DNA of 63,873 bases, counting the filler, from an uncultured bacterium (GTDB lineage: Bacteria; UBA8481), in the NCBI GenBank assembly GCA_964499705.1. It is 3 parts of 3 records of this genome, joined end to end, with 100 filler letters (N's around TTAATTAATTAA, not from the genome) between each part and the next. Parts side by side here need not be neighbours in the genome. Positions count along the whole stretch, not along the records: positions 26,093 to 48,672 come from CAZCME010000032.1; 2 more parts are not named here. One strand, written 5' to 3'. Shown piece after piece: positions 35,369-45,169 of this stretch (its first letter is position 1; each line of letters opens with the position of its first letter). The notes beneath the pieces were generated by a model that was not told the DNA's origin, made no database searches, and saw only the letters and a program-made list of their open reading frames with translations. The translations under genes and the position numbers were made by a program.

Positions 35369-37596
35369 ACCCGGAGGCGCCACCGGATGACGCGGCCGGC
35401 GATAAGCGCTTCGTTTCGCTCCTGCTGCCCGTTCCTCCGCGCGTGGGCGAGACCTTCACGTATCGCGCCGGCGGGGAGGTGCGGCTGGGAGAGCGCGTCG
35501 AGGCGATCTTCGGCAAGCGCCCCCTGATCGGATATGTCGTCGCGGAAGGCTCCCCGTTCAAGGACGCCCGCGACGTCGGCCGCCGTCTCGACGACGAACC
35601 GCTTTTCACGCCTGAAATCATCGATTTGACGCGGTGGATGTCCCGGAAATATTTCGCGCCCTGGTATCGATGCATGGAAGCGGCGGTGCCGGCGGGCCTG
35701 AAGATGAAACACGCGGCACGCGGAAAGTCGCGCCGCGTTCTCGAATCGATGCTGGGCCGAGGCGATGCGGAAAAAGCCTTCGCGGGCGACGAGCGGATGC
35801 GATCGGCCATGCTCATGGTCATCGATCATCCCCGCTCGCTCTCCATTCCCGATGTCGCCGCCAAGTTCGAATTGACGAGAGGTCGCATCGAAACGCTCGT
35901 ACGGCGCGGTCAGTTGAAAGTGGAGTCGATCGAGGAACGGCGCGATCCGTTCGGCAGGGGGCGGCTGGAGCGCGACGAGCCGAGATTCCTGAACGTGGAG
36001 CAGGCCGCGGCTCTGGCGCGGATCCTGGAATCGCGCGAGGGATCGGAAACGCTCCTGATGGGTGTCACCGGATCAGGAAAAACGGAGGTCTATCTCCAGG
36101 CCATATCGGCTTCCCTGGCGGAGGACCGCGGGGCCATCATCCTCGTTCCGGAGATTTCGCTGACGCCGCAGACGGTCGACCGATTCCGCGCCCGCTTCGG
36201 CGAGACGATCGCGGTGCTTCACTCCGCTCTCTCGGCGGGCGAGCGCTATGACGAATGGATGCGCATCCGATCCGGCACGGCGCGCGTCGTCGTCGGCGCC
36301 CGCTCCGCCGTCTTCGCTCCCGTCGACCGGCTGGGTCTCATCGTCATCGACGAGGCTCACGAGTCCGCGTACAAGCAGCAGGAGTCTCCCCGCTATCATG
36401 CCGTGGACATCGCCCGCGAGCGAGCGCGGCTGACAGGAGCGCGCCTGATTCTCGGCACGGCGACGCCTCTCTGCGAAACCGCCGCGGCGGCGCTGCAGGA
36501 GCCTCGCCGGATCGGGGTGGCCCGCCTGACACGTCGGATCGCGGAACGCCCCCTGCCGGAAACGACGATCGTCGACATGCGCGAGGAACTGGCGGAGGGA
36601 CACCGTTCCATCTTTTCGAGGGCGCTTCAAAAGCGCGTCAGGCTGGCGCTCGCGGCGGAAGAACAGGTGATCCTCTTCATCAACCGACGCGGCCATGATT
36701 CGTTCATTCTCTGCCGCTCCTGCGGCGAAGCCGTGAAATGTCCGCTCTGTTCCGTTTCGCTCACTCCTCATCGCGGATCCCATCGGGACGGTCAGCTCAT
36801 CTGCCACTTCTGCAATCACAGGGCGTGCATGCCGGAGACATGTCCGAAATGCGGTTCGCGAGCCATCAAGAGTTTCGGCGCCGGCACGGAAAAGATCGAG
36901 GCGGAGGCCCGGAAGACATTTCCGGGCGCGCGCGTCATCAGGATGGATGCCGATACGACGGTCCGCAAGGGCGACCACCGCCGGATTCTCGACGACTTCG
37001 CCTCGGGACGATTCAACATCCTCGTCGGCACGCAGATGATCGGCAAAGGACTCGATCTCCCGAAGGTCACGGTCATCGGCATCATCGCCGCGGACAGCTC
37101 GCTTCACATTCCCGACTTTCGCGCTCCGGAACGCACGTTCAGCCTCCTGACACAGGTGACCGGCCGGGCGGGCCGAAGCGATCTGCCGGGACACGCCGTC
37201 ATCCAGACCTACGCGCCCGAACACTACGCGATCCGCCACGCCGCGGCCCAGAACGTGGACGCGTTTCTCCGCGCCGAGCTCGCGATCCGGAAAGCCTCGG
37301 GACTTCCGCCGTTCACGCGCATCATCCAGTGGACCTGCGAATCGCAGCGCGAAGCGATGGCGATGGAAGCGGCGGGCCGGGTCGCGGAATCTCTGCGGTC
37401 CCGGCCCGGCGTGATCTCAGGTCCCGCGCCGGCACCCTTCTCGAGGCTCCGCGGGCGCCACCGATGGCAGGTCCGGTGGATCTTCGATCCGCTCCTGGCG
37501 GAAGAGTCGATCCGCGAGACCGTCCTTGCGGCCGAGCAGCCCTTCGCGGAAGAACTCCGGATCGTCCTTGACGTCGATCCGGCCGACATGTTGTGA
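35365..37596 (+). CDS. priA: primosomal protein N'
   Basis: GVTGSGKTEVY, VPEISLTPQ, NRRG, two CxxC pairs, GTQMIGKGLD, QVTGRAGR; homology extends upstream of GTG 35443, likely start CTG 35365. Confidence 0.93.
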   Translation: MNPEAPPDDAAGDKRFVSLLLPVPPRVGETFTYRAGGEVRLGERVEAIFGKRPLIGYVVAEGSPFKDARDVGRRLDDEPLFTPEIIDLTRWMSRKYFAPWYRCMEAAVPAGLKMKHAARGKSRRVLESMLGRGDAEKAFAGDERMRSAMLMVIDHPRSLSIPDVAAKFELTRGRIETLVRRGQLKVESIEERRDPFGRGRLERDEPRFLNVEQAAALARILESREGSETLLMGVTGSGKTEVYLQAISASLAEDRGAIILVPEISLTPQTVDRFRARFGETIAVLHSALSAGERYDEWMRIRSGTARVVVGARSAVFAPVDRLGLIVIDEAHESAYKQQESPRYHAVDIARERARLTGARLILGTATPLCETAAAALQEPRRIGVARLTRRIAERPLPETTIVDMREELAEGHRSIFSRALQKRVRLALAAEEQVILFINRRGHDSFILCRSCGEAVKCPLCSVSLTPHRGSHRDGQLICHFCNHRACMPETCPKCGSRAIKSFGAGTEKIEAEARKTFPGARVIRMDADTTVRKGDHRRILDDFASGRFNILVGTQMIGKGLDLPKVTVIGIIAADSSLHIPDFRAPERTFSLLTQVTGRAGRSDLPGHAVIQTYAPEHYAIRHAAAQNVDAFLRAELAIRKASGLPPFTRIIQWTCESQREAMAMEAAGRVAESLRSRPGVISGPAPAPFSRLRGRHRWQVRWIFDPLLAEESIRETVLAAEQPFAEELRIVLDVDPADML

Positions 37597-37597
37597 G

Positions 37598-37639
37598 GAG
37601 GATGAAGTAATTCATCCTTCATAATTCATCCTTCATCCC
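37598..37639. repeat. TTCATCC heptamer low-complexity repeat with a short inverted partner
   Basis: GAGGATGAA..TTCATCCTTCATAATTCATCCTTCATCC. Confidence 0.6.
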
Positions 37640-37651
37640 TATAATGCTTCC

Positions 37652-38494
37652 ATGATCGATCAGAGCAAGCCCGTGCTTATTCTCGGGGGCGAAGGATTCG
37701 TGGGATCCCATCTCGCGGACCGCCTACCCAAGGCGCGCGCTCTCGACGATCGCAGTTTCAACAAGCATCTCTTCGACAGCACGACCGTCAAGGATATCTG
37801 TGCCGATCTCGAATCGGACATACGCGGCTGCGGCCTCGTGATCCACGCCGCCTGCCGCGACATCCGGAATTCGATGGTGCAGCCTCTGGAGGATGCCCGG
37901 ACCAATGTGCTGGGGACGTTGAACGCTCTCTCCGTGTGCAGAAAATTGCAGGTTCCTCTCTTCTATATCTCCTCCGTCTCCGTGGAGCGCGAGGTGAATC
38001 ACTATGCGGTCTCGAAATCCGCGGGCGAACGATACACCCTGATGTACCGTCAGTGGGTGCCGACTTGCGTCGTGCGGCTCTCCAACGTCTTCGGACCTCG
38101 CGACACGGAGAGCGTCGTCGCCCGGTGGCTGAGGGAGGATGAAATCACCGTCGTCGACGAGAATGCGACCAGGGACTTCACCTATGTCGAGGACACGGTC
38201 AGCGGCATCCTCCGCGCGATCGAAGTCTGGCCTGCGGAGGTCGTCAACATCGGAACGGGAGTCGAAACGAGGCTCGGAGATCTCGCGGAATGGATCGCGA
38301 AGAAGACCGGCAAGCCGATCCGCATGATGCCCCCTCGTGAAATCGATAATGTTCACCGTCGCGTGGTGGACCCGCGCGATGCGGAAGCCCGGATCGGCTA
38401 CCGCGCCAAGTGGAATATGAACGATGCTCTGGAACACTACCTGGGGAAATACGATCATCCCAGCCTGAAAGCCACCAACCGATTCAGCCGATGA
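37652..38494 (+). CDS. NAD-dependent epimerase/dehydratase
   Basis: GGEGFVGSHL, YAVSK (YxxxK), RLSNVFGP, TRDFTYVED. Confidence 0.9.
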   Translation: MIDQSKPVLILGGEGFVGSHLADRLPKARALDDRSFNKHLFDSTTVKDICADLESDIRGCGLVIHAACRDIRNSMVQPLEDARTNVLGTLNALSVCRKLQVPLFYISSVSVEREVNHYAVSKSAGERYTLMYRQWVPTCVVRLSNVFGPRDTESVVARWLREDEITVVDENATRDFTYVEDTVSGILRAIEVWPAEVVNIGTGVETRLGDLAEWIAKKTGKPIRMMPPREIDNVHRRVVDPRDAEARIGYRAKWNMNDALEHYLGKYDHPSLKATNRFSR

Positions 38495-39198
38495 AGTTCG
38501 GCGTCATCATACCGGTCTACAACGAACCGCGACTCGCCGGGCTCCTCGCCCGTTTCGATTTCGCCGCCACGCCCGACGTCTTCGTCGTCGACGACGGATC
38601 CGATGACGGTTCCACGCGGTTGACGGGGTCCTATCCCGTGACGCTCCTGAAGCATGAGCGGAGAATCGGCGTCGGCGCGGCGATACGGACCGGGCTCCTG
38701 CATCTCAAGGATTCCGGATTCGATGTCGCGGTCGTCATGGCGGGAAACAACAAGGATAATCCCGCGGAAATCCCTCTCCTTCTGGATCCCCTCTCTTCCG
38801 GCGCCGACTACGTCCAGGGGTCCCGCTACATGAGGACTTCGGAACGCGGCGCCTTCGGGCTCGGCAGGCATTTTCTCACGCGCACGGCGCCGATCCTCTG
38901 GTCGCTCCGGTTCGGCCGCAGGCTCACGGAAGTCACCAGCGGCTTTCGCGCCTACAGGCTCTCGCTGCTGGACCGTCCCGGAGTCGACATCCGGCAGGAC
39001 TGGCTCAACAAGTATGAACTGGAACTGTACCTCCAGTACAAGGCCCTCGCGCTGGGTCTGAATTACGTGGAGGTGCCGGTCACGAAGGTCTATCCGTCGG
39101 ACGGCAGGCCAACCTCGAAGATCAGGCTCCTGCTGGATTGGGACTGGTGGTCCTTCATGCGGCCGATCGTGCTCCTGTCGCTGGGATTGAAAAAATAG
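38491..39198 (+). CDS. GT2 glycosyltransferase (polyprenol-phosphate glycosyltransferase-like)
   Basis: IIPVYNE, VVDDGSDDGS, YVQGSRY, TSGFRAY. Confidence 0.9.
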   Translation: MKFGVIIPVYNEPRLAGLLARFDFAATPDVFVVDDGSDDGSTRLTGSYPVTLLKHERRIGVGAAIRTGLLHLKDSGFDVAVVMAGNNKDNPAEIPLLLDPLSSGADYVQGSRYMRTSERGAFGLGRHFLTRTAPILWSLRFGRRLTEVTSGFRAYRLSLLDRPGVDIRQDWLNKYELELYLQYKALALGLNYVEVPVTKVYPSDGRPTSKIRLLLDWDWWSFMRPIVLLSLGLKK

Positions 39199-39209
39199 GG
39201 AGAAATATT

Positions 39210-40883
39210 CTAGCGGGGTTCGAGCACCTTCATCACGACAAATACTTCGGTCGGTCGCGTGGAAAATGCATAGGGGAACGCTCCCCCCGCCGACGCGTAA
39301 AACGCGGCGCCGCATTCGAGCGAATTGAGCCGGACGGGCAGCGGCGAATCATAGCGGAATTCGCGAATCGTTTCCGTAGGCAGGGTCCAACCGCGTCGGA
39401 TGGTCGCGGGAATGGAGTTGGTCGGCGAGAGCACCAGGTCGCCCGGCCGCAGATCAGCCTGGTTCCAGACGGGCGTCCATCCCTTCCGCCTGAGATAATG
39501 ATTGAATCCGAAAAAGGAATCTCCTACGAAACGCTTTCCGCCGGTCTCGGCGCTGATGATCGGATCCCGCGCCACATCCTCCGCAATCCGACTCTGCGTC
39601 TCCGCCTCGATGCGTTCCTCCGTGGCCAGGACGGCGGAGAGGCTGCCGGTTCCCACGATGAGGAGAACCATGACGAAACGAAAAGGCCGCTCGGACGCGA
39701 AGGAGAAGCGAACGCTGTCGACCGCCAGGCATGCCAGGGGCGGAATCAGGACCAGGTAATACCGGGCGGCCAGCCACGGCATCGGCACGTGAAGAAGCAA
39801 TAGGTAGCCCCACATCCAGATCTGCGCCATGCGATTCAGATTCCGACGGAGAATCAGGAAGAGAGCGAGCATGACCAGAGCCGAACTCTGAAACAGGGAG
39901 AGCAGTATCGCCGGGTCGGCGGAAAATCCTCCGAGAGGGGTCGTGTAAAAATACGCGAGGACGACCGCAAAGGAACCGAATGAGAACGCGACCCTCGGAT
40001 GACGCAGGGCCGCTAGCGGGAGAAAAGCCAGAGCAAAGCCGGTTGCTCCGCCGAGAAACGAGAAGCCTGAGAAGGTCTTGATCCAGAGCACGCCCGAGAG
40101 AGGGCGTTTCCACGCCGCCGTGATATGCGGCTCCCCATACAGAGCGGCTGTCCATAGACACCAGGCCAGGGAGATGAGAAGAGGCGCGATCATGCATTTC
40201 AATTTTCCTATCCTGGAGCGGAAACAGGGGTCTTCGATCCAGACCCATGCCGGCGCCAGGAGGAGAAAGGGATAGGCCGTATATTTCACGAGGGGCGCCA
40301 GTCCCAGCAGCGCGCTTCCCGCCCAAAGCGAAAGGCCGGACCCGTCCTTTTCCCATCCGCGTAGAAATAATTCAAGCCCCCAGACGGCGAAAGGCAGGAT
40401 GGCCATATCGATGAGCAGGGAACTGGAATTCAACCAGAAGACCGGGCATACAAGCGCCAGCCATGCGGCCCACACGGGACGCGAGCAGAGACGGCGAGCC
40501 AGCGCGAGTATGCCCGAGATCGAGATGAGAGGAAAGATGAGGTAGACGAGACGCAGCCGGCTTTCGTCCGAGCCGAACAGCGCCATGGCGGCGGCGAGGA
40601 AATAGTGCATGACCGGCGGATTGACCATGCGCGGAGGTTCGCCGGAGACCCAGCCCGCCGCATCCTCCATGGTATCGTCGCTCCGAAAATCATACGGCCT
40701 GGCAGGATCGTGGAGAAGTCCCTCCGCCATCGTGACATGGTAATGGTCGTCGACGTAATAGGGACGCGAGCAGAACGGAAGACTCAGGACGATGCAGGCG
40801 ATCCAGAGCGCCAGGTGCTGCCGACCGCTTGCCGCGCGCGAACGCCCGGCCGGCGCCGCTATTTCAGCTTCCACAAGCGGCAT
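39210..40883 (-). CDS. GT-C fold (family 39/ArnT-like) membrane glycosyltransferase
   Basis: YYVDD in the first loop, NPPVMHY, LVKYT, RYYLVLIPP; many TM helices. Confidence 0.75.
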   Translation of the reverse strand: MPLVEAEIAAPAGRSRAASGRQHLALWIACIVLSLPFCSRPYYVDDHYHVTMAEGLLHDPARPYDFRSDDTMEDAAGWVSGEPPRMVNPPVMHYFLAAAMALFGSDESRLRLVYLIFPLISISGILALARRLCSRPVWAAWLALVCPVFWLNSSSLLIDMAILPFAVWGLELFLRGWEKDGSGLSLWAGSALLGLAPLVKYTAYPFLLLAPAWVWIEDPCFRSRIGKLKCMIAPLLISLAWCLWTAALYGEPHITAAWKRPLSGVLWIKTFSGFSFLGGATGFALAFLPLAALRHPRVAFSFGSFAVVLAYFYTTPLGGFSADPAILLSLFQSSALVMLALFLILRRNLNRMAQIWMWGYLLLLHVPMPWLAARYYLVLIPPLACLAVDSVRFSFASERPFRFVMVLLIVGTGSLSAVLATEERIEAETQSRIAEDVARDPIISAETGGKRFVGDSFFGFNHYLRRKGWTPVWNQADLRPGDLVLSPTNSIPATIRRGWTLPTETIREFRYDSPLPVRLNSLECGAAFYASAGGAFPYAFSTRPTEVFVVMKVLEPR

Positions 40884-42796
40884 GCCCGATCCTGATATAC
40901 AAGCTCAAGTTCGTTCGCCTGCAGTCTTTCCCAGCGCATGGCTCCGGTCTCCGTCAGGGTGAGCGTTTCATAGGATTGAAGCCGTCTCCACTCCGCGTCG
41001 TTCACGAGAAGATGCGTAAATCCTCCGGACCGCAGGTAACGGATTCCCTTCTCTTCGTCATCGGGATCGTTGAGGTTCGCCACGAGCGGCTGGTTCGAAT
41101 AGACGGGAACGGCCTGGAACGGCCTCTCGATATAGTGCGCGCGCTGATCCCCGAGAACATGAATTCGCGCGTTGTCCGGCAGGTTTCCCGTGAATTTCGC
41201 CGCTTCGTGATAATCGAGCTTCCGCCCGAGATACGCGTCCGCGGGCTCCAGCGAGATCGCGGCCTCGAGCTTGCCGGATTGGCGCGTGATGAGCGCGAAG
41301 GAGTGGATATTCGAGAAGAAGAGAAGGAGGATGGGAAGAAAAACCATTCCTCGTCCTGCTCCATGAGCCGCCCGTGTCCACACGCAGAGGCCCCATGCGG
41401 ACAGTACCGCGAGAAGAGGAAAGGCGGGAACGAGAAACCGCGAGACAGGCTTTGTCATCACCCAGACCACGTAAAATCCGGCGAAGAGGAGAAAGAGCGG
41501 GCGGGACAGGCGATGGCGTATCGGTTGCAGGGGCCAGATGAGCAGCAGCGCGAGTGGAAGTCCCCATCCGAAATTTCCAAGGAGATCGAAGCCTCCTCCG
41601 AATTTCTCTTTCTCCAGCGCGAGCTCGATGGGAATGACCAGGATGGCGCGGAGATTGGTCCACGTGTCTCCGTATTCGGAAAGCATGCGCAGAAAGTACA
41701 GCGACGCCTCGCTTTTCAAAGCCGGGTCCGACATGGCGTCGCTGAAAAAGGGGAAGACGGGATTTCCGGTCATCCAGATGTTTCTGACAAACCAGGGCGC
41801 GGCGGCCAGGAAGGCTCCCAGCGAGAAACGAACCACGCGGCGGCGCGCCACCCATCCCACGGCAAGCAGGATGACCAGCGCGGCGCCTGTGTATTTGATA
41901 CCGAATGTGAATCCCGCAGACAAGCCGCACAGCCATTCGCTGCCGTATGACGTTTCATTCCGATCGAAAAGGCAAAACGCGAAGAGGGAGAGAAACGTGC
42001 AGCAGGCGAGAGGAATATCGACGTACGCGTCGGACGCCAGCAGGAGCCAGAACGGCGTCACGGAAACAAGCGCGGCGGCCGTCCAGCCGACTCCTTCATC
42101 CACGAAACGGCGCGCGAAGGCGATCACCGCGATGACGCTCAGGATGGACATCGTCCAGACGAGAAGACACGGCCCGCTCGCAGCGCCGGTTCCCATCAGC
42201 AGCAGAAAATTCATCTCCATCACCTGCGGGTAGGACGCGAAGACATTTCCGGGTACCGGGATCCAGCGACCTTCCTGCAGGAACATGTTCGGAAGTCCGC
42301 AATGGTACACGAGCGAATCGTAGTACACGGGCGGCATGAGCGCGGCGAGAAAAGTCAGAAAATGGGGGACGATGAGAAGGGGCGCCCAGGAAGGCGGGGC
42401 GAGCGGGATTCCGCCATTCATGCCTCGCTCCCTGAGAAACGCTGGCCACGCCGGCAGGAGGGCCAGGGCGAGAAAGGCGGTCAGGCAGGGGCGCGACCAG
42501 AGCCCCGCGATGCCCAGGATGAACACTTCGATGGAAATGAGACCGAGCCCGAGCGTGATGGAAAAGAGAGCCCGTTCCCATCGATCGAGCGTCACCCGCA
42601 GGCGCGCGACGAGGCACAGTCCCTGGCCCCACGAAGCGATCAGGAGCAGTGCGACCGCGATGACATTTCCTGCGCAGGACAGAAGCGCGCGAAGATTCCA
42701 TCGCGCCAAGAGCTCCGCCGCGGCATAGAAAAGCAGCGCTCCAAGAATCCAGGATCTCGCGGACGGCGAAAGCGAGAGGCCGCCTCGCGAATTCAA
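40859..42796 (-). CDS. polytopic membrane protein, GT-C-like
   Basis: YDSLVYH, YVDIPL, GIKYTG, WFVRNIWMTGNPVFP, RFLVP; TTG 42796 overlaps the hemH stop. Confidence 0.72.
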   Translation of the reverse strand: MNSRGGLSLSPSARSWILGALLFYAAAELLARWNLRALLSCAGNVIAVALLLIASWGQGLCLVARLRVTLDRWERALFSITLGLGLISIEVFILGIAGLWSRPCLTAFLALALLPAWPAFLRERGMNGGIPLAPPSWAPLLIVPHFLTFLAALMPPVYYDSLVYHCGLPNMFLQEGRWIPVPGNVFASYPQVMEMNFLLLMGTGAASGPCLLVWTMSILSVIAVIAFARRFVDEGVGWTAAALVSVTPFWLLLASDAYVDIPLACCTFLSLFAFCLFDRNETSYGSEWLCGLSAGFTFGIKYTGAALVILLAVGWVARRRVVRFSLGAFLAAAPWFVRNIWMTGNPVFPFFSDAMSDPALKSEASLYFLRMLSEYGDTWTNLRAILVIPIELALEKEKFGGGFDLLGNFGWGLPLALLLIWPLQPIRHRLSRPLFLLFAGFYVVWVMTKPVSRFLVPAFPLLAVLSAWGLCVWTRAAHGAGRGMVFLPILLLFFSNIHSFALITRQSGKLEAAISLEPADAYLGRKLDYHEAAKFTGNLPDNARIHVLGDQRAHYIERPFQAVPVYSNQPLVANLNDPDDEEKGIRYLRSGGFTHLLVNDAEWRRLQSYETLTLTETGAMRWERLQANELELVYQDRACRLWKLK

Positions 42797-43818
42797 ACCG
42801 TCGCGCCCGCGGATTTGCACCAATATTCGAGCGTGTCGATCCACCGCGGATGGTCGTTCAGGCAGGGAATCAGCTTCAGATCCTCACCGCCCGCCTCGAG
42901 AAAGGTTTCCCTCCCCCGCACCGCGATCTCCTCGAGCGTCTCGAGGCAGTCGGAGACGAATGACGGGCAGATGACGAGGATCTTCTTCACGCCTTCCTTC
43001 CCGAATCGTTCGAGCTCATGATCCGTGAAAGGAGTCAGCCACGGATCGCGGCCGAGCCGGGACTGGAACGCGACCGCGTACTTCTGCCTGGGAATTCCCG
43101 CCCTCTTCACAAACGCCCTCACGGTCTTGAAGGCCTGGGCGCGGTAGCAGGTATCATGAGCGATGCTCTTCGTCTCGCAGCAGTTTTCCACCTGCTGGCA
43201 ATGCGTATGCGTGGGATCGGCGAGCTTCAAGTGCCGGACAGGTAGGCCGTGAAAGCTGAAGAGCAGGAGGTCGTAATCCGTCTCCAGGAATTTCTTCGAC
43301 GCTTCAACCATCGCATCGATGTACATCGGATCCTCGTAGAACGGAGGATGAAGCGTGAGTTCCAGGTTCGGCGCCTGCGCTTTCAGCTCCTCGCGAACCT
43401 TGACGACGCAGGTCTCGTAGGACGACATCGCGTAATGCGGGTACAGCGGAACCAGATGGATGCGGGTGATGCCGGGCTTGGCGGCCAGGCGGGAAACGGC
43501 CTCGCGGATCGAAGGATTGCCGTACCGCATTCCCAGTTCCACCGGCGCCGCAATGCGCTCCTGCAGGAGCCTTCGAACGGTCCTGCTGGTGACGACGAGC
43601 GGCGAGCCGTCGGCCGTCCAGATGCTGGCGTACGCCTTGGCGGTCTCCTTCGGGCGAAACGGAAGAATCATTCCTTCCACGACGAAGAGCCGGACGGGAA
43701 ACGGACTGTCGATGACGCGCTCGTCCATGAGGAATTCCCGGAGGTATCGACGCACGTCGGGAACCTGGGTCGAGTCGGGCGATCCGAGATTGATCAGGAG
43801 CACCGCGCTACCGCCCAT
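42793..43818 (-). CDS. hemH: ferrochelatase
   Basis: LLINLGSP, MRYGNP, PLYPHY, FSFHGLP, FQSRLG..WL.P, FVSDCLETLEE. Confidence 0.95.
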   Translation of the reverse strand: MGGSAVLLINLGSPDSTQVPDVRRYLREFLMDERVIDSPFPVRLFVVEGMILPFRPKETAKAYASIWTADGSPLVVTSRTVRRLLQERIAAPVELGMRYGNPSIREAVSRLAAKPGITRIHLVPLYPHYAMSSYETCVVKVREELKAQAPNLELTLHPPFYEDPMYIDAMVEASKKFLETDYDLLLFSFHGLPVRHLKLADPTHTHCQQVENCCETKSIAHDTCYRAQAFKTVRAFVKRAGIPRQKYAVAFQSRLGRDPWLTPFTDHELERFGKEGVKKILVICPSFVSDCLETLEEIAVRGRETFLEAGGEDLKLIPCLNDHPRWIDTLEYWCKSAGATV

Positions 43819-45169
43819 GAATCGCCTCGCTCATCCTTCTCGCCGCCGTCCATCCGGACTCGATCGCATTCGGAAGCGAAATCCCGTCCCGCCACGTTCC
43901 CGCGAAAAGCAATCGCGGATTCGCCTCCTCGATCGCCGCGCACGCCGAAATAAAACTGCCGTGTCCCGTCTCCATCTGCGGAATGGCGCGATCGAACTGA
44001 AAGCTCTTTAGGTATACAGGCTCGCTTTTCACACCCAGCAGCTCCTTCAATTCCGCCATGAGAATCGGCAGCACGGCGTCCAGTCGATCCCTGCCCATGT
44101 CCGGTCGCCGCGATCCCCCGATGAAACTCGCCAGCGTCACGCAACCGTCCGGAGCTCTTCCCGGAAAAAGCGAGGACGTGAAGAGCGTGCCGAGGTGATT
44201 CAACTTTTCCGAGGACGGGATCAGATATCCGAAACCGTCCAGGGGATGCTCAATATCATTCCTCCGGAAACCAAGCGTCACCGTGCGAACCGGAGCGTAT
44301 GGAATTTCCGCCAGCATCGCAACATCGTTGGACCTCCCGGGCAGCCGGAATTCGCACGAACCAAGAGCGTGCGACGGCAGGCAGCAGATGACGCCGGAGG
44401 CTTCCAGGACGAACGGGCCGCCGCCGGATTGCCCATGCACCTTCCAACCACCCGCGCCGGATTCCACGGCCGCCACGCGGCAGGACGGATGAAAATCCGG
44501 TCCGAGCCGCGCGGCAAGATGCTCCGGAAGCGCTTTCATTCCGGAACGGAAGGAGACGATCCCGCGCGATCTTGTCTTCGGCTCCTTCACCTTCCTGATC
44601 ATCCCCATGAAGATCGAGCCATAGTCGCGCTCCATCCCGTGCACGCCCGGAAAAGCATGGCGCATGGAGAGGCGCTCCGGATCGCCGGCGTAAATTCCCG
44701 AGATGAAGGGATCGACCAGATAGGCGAGCGGCTCCTCGCCGATTCGTCGGCGGACGAAATCCGCGATAGTTTCATCAGGATTTCCCCGGGGCATGAACGG
44801 CTCTGCCAGGACGCGCATTTTAGCGGCCAGGGAGAGAACCGGTGATGTGAGAAGAGCTCCGGGGGAAGCCGGGAGCGCCAGCAGCTTGTGGTTCCGTACG
44901 ATGTAGCGCTTCTTCGCGGCATCCTGAGCTTCGATGAATTCCGAATTCTCCAGGCCGGCATCGCGGACCAATTCCCGCACGCGGGGCGTGGCGGCCATCA
45001 GGGAATTCGGGCCGGCCTCCGCGAGAAATCCATCCTCGATCGAGGTATCGATCACGCCGCCGGGCCGCGAAGACGATTCCAGGACGACGGATTCGAGATT
45101 CATCTTGTGCAGGTAGTGAGCGGCGGCCAGGCCCGTGATTCCTCCTCCCAGTACGGCAATCGGTTTCAT
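43808..45169 (-). CDS. hemY: protoporphyrinogen/coproporphyrinogen oxidase (HemY family)
   Basis: GGGITGL, EAGPNS, PFISGIYAGD, GFGYL, AIPQ; hem cluster context. Confidence 0.92.
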   Translation of the reverse strand: MKPIAVLGGGITGLAAAHYLHKMNLESVVLESSSRPGGVIDTSIEDGFLAEAGPNSLMAATPRVRELVRDAGLENSEFIEAQDAAKKRYIVRNHKLLALPASPGALLTSPVLSLAAKMRVLAEPFMPRGNPDETIADFVRRRIGEEPLAYLVDPFISGIYAGDPERLSMRHAFPGVHGMERDYGSIFMGMIRKVKEPKTRSRGIVSFRSGMKALPEHLAARLGPDFHPSCRVAAVESGAGGWKVHGQSGGGPFVLEASGVICCLPSHALGSCEFRLPGRSNDVAMLAEIPYAPVRTVTLGFRRNDIEHPLDGFGYLIPSSEKLNHLGTLFTSSLFPGRAPDGCVTLASFIGGSRRPDMGRDRLDAVLPILMAELKELLGVKSEPVYLKSFQFDRAIPQMETGHGSFISACAAIEEANPRLLFAGTWRDGISLPNAIESGWTAARRMSEAIHGR

